This document shows, in pieces, positions 12,301-24,300 of a stretch of 64,000 bases of DNA; position 1 is the first letter of the stretch; every line of letters begins with the position of its first letter. Where the stretch lies: positions 14,570,001 to 14,634,000 of the forward strand of contig JAGIQG010000022.1 in NCBI GenBank assembly GCA_024679065.1. The letters run 5' to 3'. Source of the DNA: Sphyrna mokarran (Eukaryota). A program made the position numbers and the translations under genes. The notes beneath the pieces are model-generated. The model saw only the letters and a list, made by a program, of their open reading frames with translations, did no database searches and had not been told where the DNA came from.

Positions 12301-15300
12301 CAAGTCTGAGAAGTTTGCGAAGCTGGAGGTAAGAGTGTACATTTAACATTGTCAGGACTACAGAAGAATGATTCTTTCAACAGTTAAGCCAATAAGACTA
12401 TCTAAATTCAGGAGTGAAAACTGCTGTGCAAGCATTTCAAACAACAAAAAAAATTCCAGCACAGGAGCAGGCCCTTCAGCCCTCCAAGCCTGCATCCACC
12501 ATGCTGCCTGACTGAACTAAAACTCCCTTCCCTTCTGAGGACCATATCCCTCTATCCCCACCCTATTCATGTATTTGTCAAGACGCTTCTTAAAAATCAC
12601 TACCTTCCACTACCTCCCCTGGCAGCGAGTCCCAGGCACCCACCACCTGCTGTGTAAAAAAAATGTTTCATCAATGTAAGCTATTTTGGGGGAAATTCTC
12701 CCGTCCCGTCCGCCACGGGAACCACAGCAGGCAGGAGTGGGAACAAGCAAAAGTCTGTTCACCTCGGACAGGATTTGGGGTGAGCCCGGCAGGAAAATCC
12801 CACCCACTGTTCTGGTTAACGCCAAAGATTTGAACAACAAAATGTACTTCACTGGGTTTTTTTTTCTTGCTATATTTATTCCCGGGATGTGGGCGTCACT
12901 GGCTAGGCCAGCATTTATTGTCCGTTTCTAATTGCCCCCGAGAATGTGGTGGTGAGCTACCTTCCTGGACCACTGCAGCCCCTGAGGTGTAGGTACGCCC
13001 ATCATGCTGATAGGGAAGGAGTTTCAGGATTTTGACTGGGAACGAATGGAGATATATTTCCAAGTAGGGACGGTGAGTGACTTGAATCGGAACCTCCAGC
13101 TGGTGGTATTCCCATATATCTGCTACCCTTGTACTTTCTAGATGGGTTGTGGGTCAAACAGTACCTTTTGTTCCTCCTCAGTCTAACATTTATACGTTGT
13201 ATAATAAGATTGTTAGGAAACTCTTGATTCACACTGAAAATCATCTGTTTTCACTGTGCAGAATCGCACTCGGGCAGCGCTGTTGGACAACCTACATGAT
13301 GAACTCCACAGTCAGACACAGGCCATGTTGGGGCTGGGCTCTGATGAAGAGAAGATGGAAAATGGTAGCCATGGTGGATTCCTAGAATCTTTCAAGGTAA
13401 AGCCACCTATTCGATCCAAACCTGACACATCGGGCACATAGTATTGTGGGAGCAGGATAGACTTATCTGCATTAGAAACATGGAAAACTAGAAGCAGGAG
13501 TAGGAAACAGGATGGGCATGCTCACATTCCATGAGTGAGTAAATAAGTCTACCCTTCCAAACATCTACACTGGGACTTGGGAATCCTTGTTCAAGATTCT
13601 CTTAAGGTTAACATGCACTTTCTGTCGGCAGTTAGGAAGGCAAATGCAATGTTAGCATTCGTGTCAAGAGGACTAGAATACAAGAGTAGGGATGTACCTC
13701 TGAGGCTGTACAAAGCTCTGGTCAGACCCATTTGAAGTATTTGGACTTTTGGGCCCTGTATCTAAGGAAGGCCGTGCTGACCTTAAAAGGGTCCAGAGGA
13801 AGAATGGTTCACAAGAATGAACCGAAGAATGAAGAGCTTGTTGTATGAGGAAGGGTTGAGGACTTGTACTCGTTGGAGTTTAGAAGGATGAGGGTGGATC
13901 TTATTGAAACTTACAGGATACAGCAAAGCCAAGATAGAGTGGTGAGGATGTTTCCATTTAAGAAAAACTAGAACCAGAGGACACAATCTCAGGATAAATG
14001 GATGATCCTTTAAAACAGAGATGAGGAGAAATTTTTTCAGCCAGAAAGTGGTGAATCTGTGGAGCACTCTGCCACAGAAGATTAGGTCATTGAGTGTCTT
14101 TAAGGTAGAGATAGATAGTTCTTAATAAAAGATCAGGGTTATAGGGAAAAAGCAGGAGAATGATGATGAGAAAAATATCAGCCTTGATTGAATGGCGGAG
14201 CAGATCGATGGGCCGAGTGGCCTAATTCTGCTCTTACGTCTTATGGTCTTATGGTCTTACCTCATTGAAACATTTTTATCATTGTAAATACCTTGATTAA
14301 ATTACCCACAACTTTGTAAACTCAAGAAATACAAGACAAGTTTTTGCAATCTATCTTCACAACCTAACCCTTTATTGATATTGCTCTGTAGAAAATGTAC
14401 GGCCAATCTTTCCTTCCAGAGGATTCCACTGGAACCAGGGTTCAATTCTGGCCATGGATGATTGTCTGTGTGGAGTTTACACATTTTCCCCATGTCTGTG
14501 TGGCTTTCCTTTGAGTGCTCTGGTTTCCTCCCACAGACCAAAGACGTGGGGGTTAGGTTGATTGGTAAGTGCTAAATTGCCCCTTAGTGACCCAAGATGT
14601 AAAGGTTAGGGGACTAGCAGAGTAAATACATGGAGTTATGGAGGATAGAGCCAGGATGGGATTGTTTTCAATGGATCGAATGGCCTCCTTCTGCATTTGT
14701 AGGGATTCTACTGTGACACATTTTCCGAGAGTAAATGCGAAGCATTTCAGCCTGTTAGGGAAAAGAAACAGAAAGCACTACCTGCTACACTTGCAATCAC
14801 TCCTAGCTTGGCCTGTTATACTTCACCGATTGTGTATTTCCAAAGGGTTTTGGGTGGGTTTGTTGGCAGGAGCCATTACTTCAATATCCAGCCGTTCGCT
14901 CTTTAATGTTGCTTCCTTAAACAGTGACAAATTTCAATGGCTCTATGAATGATAGGAAATGTCCCCCTCTTCACATTCCCCTTGTAAAGTAATTGGTGTG
15001 ACAAGTAGGTTTGCATTTGCACTGCATTGAAGTTACTGTGAAAATCCCCTAGTCGCCAAACTCTGACATCTGTTCGGCTACAGTGATTGAGAATGTAGCA
15101 CCTAACACGCACATCTTTGAGCTGTGGGAGGAAACCGGAGCATCTGGAGGAAACCCACAGAGACACAGGGAGAACGTGCAGACTCTGCACAGGCAGTGAC
15201 CCAAGCCGGGAATCGAACCCGAGTCTCTGGCGCTCTGAGGCAGCAGTGCTAACCACTGTGCCGCCATGATGTCACCATATATTGCCTGCTTTGTCATCTT

Positions 15301-18300
15301 AAGCTTGGAGGTTGGCCTTACATTTCTAAACAGTTTCCTTCTTTACATTTCAAGTTGTGACATTTCCAGCCAGTTGGAAGTTGCAAAGTCCTGTTTTCGA
15401 AAGTAAAATGGCATGGCCTCGTGTCAGATGAGTGTCAGGATTCTCTGGTCGTTCACGCCGGCAGGATTCTCTGTTCCTGTCAGCAGCGCACCCTGCGTGC
15501 AAGTTTTCCGTCGGTGTGGGGGTGATGTCACAGACAGCGGCGGGAGCAGGGAATCCTGCCGCTAGCAAACAATGAGCCATGTCCCAAAGGCAGGAATCAC
15601 GCGGCTGGGAGACCAAAGATTCTCGCCCATAAAGCCTATTGGTTATACTGTGAAATGCCAGCTCTTCAAATAAAATTTCAGCACGAAACTCTTTATCAAC
15701 TTTTCCACAATTGGTAATTTGTGATTCTGTTGTTATAGAAAAAATGAAAATGTGGGTAGTGGATGGAAAAAAAGGACGGGGGATCTGTTGTTGTATACAA
15801 GATGAACCCTCAGGTCTGCATCTCACAGAAGATTCTGGAAGGAAATGCTACAGAAGCTCTGACAAAGCCATTCTGATTTGACACTGACTCTATTCACTCA
15901 CGACAGATGCTATCAGAACTGTTGTTATTCTCCAGAATTTTCTGTTTTTGATTCAGATTCCAGCATCCGGGGAGTGGGGGTTAGGTGGGGGGTTGGGGGT
16001 TGGGGTGTTTGGGGGAGGGGGTAGGGGGATGTGCAGAGAGTGGGGGGGGCTGGTGAAAGGTAGTGGTGGTAGTTAGCATTGCTGCTTTACAGCAGCAGGG
16101 ACCTGGTTTTCATTCCCAGCTTGGGTGGCTATGTGGAGTCTGTACGTTTTCCCTGTGTCTGCATGGGTTTCCTCCGGGTGCTTCGGTTTCCTCCCACATT
16201 CTGAAAAACGTGCTGATTATGTACTTTGAACCCGAACGGGCGCTGGGCTGTGGCGACTAGGAGAATTTCACAGTAACTTCATTGCAGTGTTAATGTAAGC
16301 CTTACTTGTGATGAATAAATAAACTTTATTTTGCTTTTAAAGCTTATTTTATTAGTGTCACAAGTAGGCTTACATTAGCACTGTAATGACGTTACTGTGA
16401 AAATACCCTTGTTGCCACACTTTGGCTCCTGTTGGGTACACTGAGAGAGAATTGAACATGGCCAAAGCACTAACCAGCATGTCTTTCAAACTGTGGGAGG
16501 AAACCGGAGCATCCAGAGGAAACCCACACAGACGCAAGGAGAACATGCAGACTCCACACAGACAGTGACCCAAACCAGGAATCAAACCTAGGTGCCTGGC
16601 AGTGTGGAGCAGCAGTGCTAATCACTGCGCCACCTTGATTCTAGATTCCAGTCACCAGCCACTTGTGATTCAGAATTAAGTTCTGCTGCTTCGCTGTTCC
16701 AGGGTCCTGAGTTCGATTCCTGGCTCGGGTCACTGTCTGTGTGGAGTTTGCACATTCTCCTCGTGTGTGCGTGGGTTTCCTTTAGGTACTCCGGTTTCTT
16801 CCCGTAGTCCAAAGATGTGCAGGTTAGGTTGATTGGCCCTGCTAAGAAATTGCCGCTTAGTGTTCAGGCATACATAGGTTGGAGGGATTAGTGGGTATAA
16901 TGTGTACGGATATGGGGGTAGGGCCTGGATGGGATTGCGTTGGTGCAGACTCGATGGACCGTAGGGCCTCTTTCTGCACTGTAGGGTTTTATGATTGATA
17001 TATATGATAAAGTTGGTTCTGCTACAGAAGTGTTGGATTTTTGGATATTTAGAATTTTGCCACCTCCAGCCCTCTGACCTGGAACGGCACTGAAAGGAAA
17101 AACTGTTTAATCTGAATCTTTAATTCCATAGCTGATTCAATGATTTGGGTGAGACAGCTAAACTTCTTGTAATGAATTCCTTTTCACCCTCGACTGCTTT
17201 AATCTGCAAATATAAAAGTAACACAAAAGGACATTGGCCTGAGCAGTGAGTAAGCAGTGAGGAAATCTAAGCCCTATTAACAGCCTGCAAGGTGACACAT
17301 TCTTCACATTCCAGGCTCAGATACATTACAACAATTAATCTCCCATTCTAAACAGGGAGGAGAAACTAATACCTGCTTAAATAAAATGTTTTGGGAGGTT
17401 TCGTATGTGATTTGGGAAATGGATTTAGATATAGGACTGAAATAACCACGGTAAAAGTGTACCTCAAATTGTGGTTAGCACTGCTGCCTCACAGCGCCAG
17501 CGACTCGGGTTCGATTCTAGCCTTGGGTCACTGTCTGTGTGGAGTTTGCATGTTCTCCCCATGTCTGTTTGGGTTTCCTCCGGGTGCTCCGGTTTCTTCC
17601 AACACTCCAAAAATATGCAGGTTAAGTGGTTTGGCCGTGCTAAATTGTCCTTTAGTGTCCCAAGATATGTAGTTTAGGTGGATTGGCCATGCTAAATTGC
17701 CCGTAGTTTAGATGGGTTAGCATGATAAATAAGTTTGTTTATTAGTGTTACAAATAGACTTACATTAACACTGCAATAAAGTTACTGTGTTACGGAGATA
17801 AGATGGAGTGGGTGCAAGAGGCTCCGGACAAGATACTCTGTCAGAGAGTCAGTGCAGACTTGAAGGGATGAATGGCCTCCTTCTGTAATGTAGGGAGTAG
17901 GGATTCTGTGATTCTAGCCACTCTTGATTCAGTATTGAATTGATAACCCTGGTTAGATGTTCAGGGTGACAGCAGCATTAACAATAATTTGGTTTTACCC
18001 AACACTAAGGAGCACTTTAGCATAACCAATCCAGCTAACCCACACATCTTTGGACCACGGGTAGAAATCGGAGCACCCAGACAAAACCCACGCAGACATG
18101 GGGAGAATGTGCAAACTCCATGCAGACTGTGACTTAAGCTAGGAATCGAACCTGGCTCCCTGGCACTGTGAGGCAGCAGTGCTAAGTGCTGTGCTGCAAT
18201 TTCACTTTGTGTGCTGAATTCAATAAATCAGCCAAAAAAAATTTTGCGTGGTTGACTCTTGAACTGCTGTATGCAAATACTTGCTCATAATCTACTAATA

Positions 18301-21300
18301 GAGGTACTGTGTTAGTTGTATGTCAATTGTGTTTAATTATATGCTGGTGGAGGACATTAATTTGAATTTCACTTGAGCATATTTAGAGAGAGACACTTGG
18401 GCCTGTTAATTAGTTTATTAGTTCATTCCTTTATTTTATTCTACTCTACTAGAAAGAGACAATTATTACAATTAATGTAATTCAGCTAGGAGTTATATGC
18501 TTGCAATGTGTCATTCCGTAAATGAATGCAAGACTGAGTAAATAATGTCTCCCTCACCAACCTGCTTTCTCAAATGGAAAATACATGGTTTGTTGTGTAG
18601 CGTGTGCTACAGAGATAAGCTGAACAAAGTTGAGACAGCCAGGTAGAAAATTTGTAATGAGCTGGAAAGTGGAAATAAATGATGCAGATTTATATCCCTG
18701 AGTCTCTGAATCAGGGACAGAGACTCTTTGTGCATATCACAGACGCGTGTCTTTCTTTCCAAAACAGAGGGCGATCCGTGTTCGCAGCCACTCCATGGAA
18801 ACCATGGTGTCGAGCCACAAGAAGCACCACAGCGGGGGGTTGCCAGGCAGCCAGAGTGGCGGGATCCCGCACAGCGCCATGGAAATCATCAAGCACCCCC
18901 CAAACGTGAGTACACATCACAGCATCCTTAGGCAACACACCAAAACCCCATTCAGTAATCGATAGCCACAGGTCTCAGACCCATCCTGCTGGAAGGCTCA
19001 TTCATGGAGACATCACAAGATGGAATGAGACTGCAAGGGTGGAGGCCATTCGGCACATCACACCCGTGCTAGCTTTTTGACAGTGCTGTTCAATTTGTTC
19101 CACTGCTCCGCTCTTTCCCCCAGTATCCTGCAAATAATGATGGATCACAGTATAAACCAGGAACGTCCTGGGTAGGATCAGCCCAGTGCATGCATCAGCC
19201 CATTAGAAAGCAGCCACTTCCCCACAGAAATAAAAGTTTAACGTTTATTTACTAGTGTCACAAGTAGGACTACACTAACACCACAATGAAGTTGCCGTGA
19301 AAATCCTCCACACTCTGGTGCCTGTTCGGGTACACTGAGGGAGAATTTAGCATTGCCAGTGACCTAAACAGTACGTCTTTCACACTGTGGGAGGAAACGG
19401 GAGCATCCAGAGTAAATCCATACAGAGATGGGGAGAACATGCGGACTCCGCACAGACAGTGACCCGAGGCTGGAATCGAACTTAGGTCCCTGGTGCTGTG
19501 AGGCAGCAGTGCTAACCCACTGTGCCATTGTACCTGCTCCAAAAAGAAATATGGAATGCTTCATGAATATAGTGGGGAAAAAATAAATTACAGAACCGAT
19601 GTTTGAGAAAATTAATGTAAATCTCCAAAAAAAAAGGCAAATTCCTGTCTATCGTGGCAAATTCCATTAACAAATCACAATGATGATAGTTTAGTTTCAT
19701 TAGCAAAAATTATTTCAGAATTAAAATTGATTTTGAACACAATTATACTTTAAGCAATCTGAAAATCTGTCATTCGTTCATTAACTGGAGTTCCTTAAAG
19801 CAAAGAGAATGTGGCAAAATACCTAAAACCAAAAGACAAAATGCTGGAAACCTTCAGCAGGCTTTGATAAGGAGCTTTGACAAAGGGTCATCTGGATTCG
19901 AAATGTCTGCTCTTTTCTCTCCTTATAGATGCTGCCAGACCTGCTGAGATTTTCCAGCATTTTCTCTTTTGGTGGCAAAATACTTGTTTGGTTTGTCACA
20001 AAGCCACTAGAAATTTTTGTCAGGCCTACTAAAGTTGAGGTGCAGGAATGGTGAGTTCAGAGATGTAGGATATCTATTTGACATAACTATGCATGACACA
20101 TACAAAACTAGGGACAGGAGTAGGCCACTTGGCCCCTCGAGCCTGCTCCGCCATTCAGTAAGATCATGGCATTTCTGTTTGTAATTTCAATCCCATATTC
20201 CTGCCTACCACTGCTAAGCTTTCATCCCCTTGTTAATCAGAATTTTTCCAGCTACGCCTCAAAAATATCCAAAGACTTTGCTTCCGCTGCCTTTTGAGGA
20301 AGAGATTCACAGCCCCCTTGAAAGAAAAATATTCACCCTGAAGTGAACCCTCACTTTTAAACGGTGTCCCCTAGTTCTAGACTGTCTGACAAGAGGAAAC
20401 ATCCTCTCCACATCTACCTTGTCAATACCCCTCAGGCTTCAACATGGAGCCAGGCCTGTGAGAGGCACCTTAGAGCATTGCCCAATCTCAGACTGGATAC
20501 TGGGGGCTGAGTTTTACTGGGCAGCTCATGATACAGATTTTGATTCTATCTGCAATGATGGAGCGGCAATAGTAAAGGTGGGTATAACTTTGTCTTTTAA
20601 AGATAAGATAAGTAAGATAGGTATAGAGGCTAATGGGCCAAATGCAGGCAATTGGGATTAGCTTAGGGGTTTAAAAAAAAAGGGCAGCATGGACAAGTTA
20701 GGCCGAAGGGCCTGTTTCCATGCTGTAAACCTCTGTGACTCCACACACTCAGAAATGGAGGGCAGTTAGGGATGGACAGTAAATACTGGCCCAGCCAGCG
20801 ATGCCCCCATCCCGTAAAATGAATAAAATCGAATTCATCTATTTCTGCAATGATGTAGCGATCTCTTTGCTTAGCAAACTTCTCATTAATTTTGGCAGCA
20901 AGTCAAGCTTCTGAAGAGCCCAGTGAAAAGAAGATCAGCTCTCTTCTCTCGTCCCCATACGAGCTCAGATAGTCAGCTGGATGGAAGACCACGCTGGTAA
21001 GTGTGTGACCTCCGGAGAGACACCGTTTCTTCAAATACTTTGTCACTCCGTTTTATTTTGCTTATTTTCACTTGCCCCCTTTCCAAATTCCGTGGTGTCC
21101 ATGGTAAGTTAGAATCAATGAAGAATCATAGAACACCTTTATTACCCATTGGATGGTAATGACTGGAATTTACTGTCTACAAGGGTATTGGAAGCAGTGA
21201 TGATGAATGATTTCAAAAGCAAATTGTTCAGGAAATTGGGGGGGAAAGAAATTTACAGATTACGGGAATAGAATGGGGCTGACTAGATTGTTCCAGTCAG

Positions 21301-24300
21301 CATGGATTGGATGGACCAGGTGGCCTCCTTTTGGCTATAATGATGACAGCCATGACTAGGATGTGCTGGCCTAGTGGTATTATCGCCAGATTATTAATCC
21401 ACAAGCTCAGATAATGTCCTGGGGACCCAAGTTCGAATCCCGCAGATGGTGGAATTTGAATTCAGTAAATAAGTAGCTGGAATTAAGAACCTACCGACTA
21501 TGAAACCATTGTCAGTAAAATCCATCTGGTTCATGAATATTCTCTAGGGAAGGAAAATCTGCCATCCTTACCTGGTCTGGCCCATATGTAATTCCAGAAC
21601 AAAGAAATGTGTTGACTCTCAACTGCCCTCGGGCAACTAGGAATGGGCAATAAATGCTGGAGAGGCAAACACCAGTATCCAATGGATGAATAAAAATATA
21701 GGAGTTATTGGTATATAAACCCAAACCATGTTGGTGATTTGATTAACTAGGGTTGCCACCTCTACTTGCACACTTCCCTGGAAGTTTTCACAAATCACCT
21801 GTAACCGCCTCCCCCAGTCAAATAGCTATTTCTTCCCATTTCTAATATTTTACATCACCAATATGCAGTGAAAACTAAAAATAATAATTAGATGCCTCAT
21901 AGAATTTTCTGTCCTCGCAGATTGCTTATAAAGCAGTCCTAGAACATCTTTTTAATTCTTCTTGACAATATTGGAGAATCCTTAACCCTATCAAAATGGT
22001 CCCTGTTTTTTAAGACAGTCAGGATAAGGTTTTGTTTTTAGTGACCCGCCATTTATTTTTAACAGATGACAATTATGATAATAAGAGCAGCTTAACATTG
22101 CTGGAGATTTACCTGAATGAATTTGGTTGTTTGAGCATTTTCACCAAAAATAACTGAGGGAAGATGTCCTTGACATAAAGGGGGGACAGTGAAGTTTTAC
22201 CAGGCTGATCCCTGGTAGATTTTTCAGTTGAAACCAGGCAATTATGAAATGCCCAATTTGTTTAAGATTTAAATGGGATGGATTTCACAACACCAGGAGG
22301 CAAGGTTATTGTAGAGAATGACAACTCTGTGATCCTGAAGTCTCTTGGTGTGACCTGCATAACATTAAGTCACAAATTCAGTGGGAGAATAGTTAACATG
22401 TTTTCTAAAAATGGCACTGACATGTTGCTTTGAATTTTTCTGTGACAGTGAAAGTCTGTCGAGTTTGACCAGGACTCCAGAGAGTGGTCAGATCTCATCG
22501 GACATCAGATGGGAAACATCCTCCAATCCAAGCTCTCCTGAAATGTGTCCCAACAAAGACAGGTAATGTGGGCAGTGTTAATCCCCAGGAGAAACACACA
22601 TGCGCACCACGATAGACTTTTTCCAATGACAAGTTTTTTTTTTACATTTGAAATTGTATCTTTAACAATCTGTGTAACAATAGGAAATGTGGCCAAGAGT
22701 TGCTCATGAACTTTTCCTGTTCAGCTTGCTCATACTTGTTATAGGTCCATTTATTCCTCAGAATAGACAAGACAGCACTGATATGTTGAATTTCTTTTAT
22801 TGAGCAGAATTTAAAATTAACATTTTACAGAGAATGAAAAAATTGGGAGAGAGATAAAAATTGGGATACTGGCAAAAGCCAGTACTGTATTGATCTTGAA
22901 AACAGACTTGATCCAAACCGACTGGAAAACATAATCAGAATACAGAATTATGAATTTTCTATTATCTCGTATTAAGAACATAAGAAATAGGAGTAGGAGT
23001 AGGCATCTAGCCCTTCGAGCCTGCCCCACCATTCAATAAGAACATGACTGATCTGAAGTGGATCAGTCCCACTCACCCGCCTGCTCCCCATAACTCTTAA
23101 TTCTCTTATCTATCAGAAATCTATCTACCTGTGACTTAAACGTATTCAACGAGGGAGCCTCCACCACTTCAATGGGCAGAGAATTCCAGAGATTCATCAC
23201 CCTCTGAGCAAAGAAGTTCCTTCTCAACTCAGACTCTGTTCTAAACTGTACCCCCCACCTTATTTTGAGGCTGTGCCCTCTAGTTCTGGTTTCCTTCCTA
23301 AGCAGAAAGAATAAGCCAAAACAAAACTTTTTATGGCCATATCTGCAAACTAGCTTTGAAGGTTAGAGACAGTTCATACAATACAATTTCAATACATCCA
23401 TAGTTGGGAAAATGCTTGAATCCATCCCACTATTATTTCTTCCAAAGTGGATAATCTCACATTTGCTAATGTTATATTCCATCTGCTAGGTCTTCGCCCA
23501 CTCACTCAGCTTATCCAGATCTCTCTGCAGACTTTCTGCTAGCACTGTAATTCCAAAGATTTTCTCAAGGTGATCCCAGCATGCTTGCTGAGGTCAAAAT
23601 GTGGTCAAGTTAACTTGAAAAGCTTAGCATTTAAATGTAATTGCATAGGCAGACATATCTTAAAATGAAGTCATTGCATTAATGAAGCATACAGAGCTAA
23701 GCATGCAGAGGATCCCTCACTTATTGTATTATGTGGGTGCAAAGGGTATTAAGGTGTCCAATCAGCCAAGATCATAATAAATACAGAACAGGCTCGATGG
23801 GCAGAATGGCCCCTTCCTATGTTCCTATTATCTTTCCCAAACGCCTGAACCATGTCCTTTCAATCTGTTGATATTCCAATGATATGCCATGTTAATATAC
23901 CGCGGCTGGAACTTTCCAGACATTCAAATCAGCGGGATTTTCCAGTCCCGTCAATGGTGCACTCCCACTGCAGGTTTCATGGCAGGAAGAGATACATTCA
24001 GTCGCTAACCTCATTGAAATTGGTGACACCACAGTGGTTAGTACTGCTGTCTTGACCTGGGTTCGATTCCACCCTGGGGTGACTGTCTGTATGGAGTTTG
24101 CTCATTCTCCACGTGTCTGCATGGGTTTCCTCCAGGTGCTCCAGTTTCCTCCCACATTCCAAAGATGTGCAGGTTAGGTGGATTAGCCATGCTGAATTGT
24201 CCATTAGTGTTCTAAGATGTGTAGGTTAAGGGATTAGGGTGGAAAGTGGGTCTGGATGAGATGCTCTGTCAGAGAGTGGATGCAGACCCAATGGGCCAAA

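Noticed and set aside
14903-15297. Recurrent ORFs such as [26 protein letters not shown] and MVSTAASQ suggesting a multi-copy small-protein family
   Set aside because: They are translations of the HE1-type SINE in several frames and on both strands, with no preserved reading frame.
15350-15826. Longest ORF in the track (158 aa, minus strand)
   Set aside because: It runs through a short TIR element in an intron, with no homology signal or splice support.
20875-20898. Longer version of the KRRS exon using the AG at 20873-20874
   Set aside because: It introduces an in-frame TAA (caa act tct cat taa).
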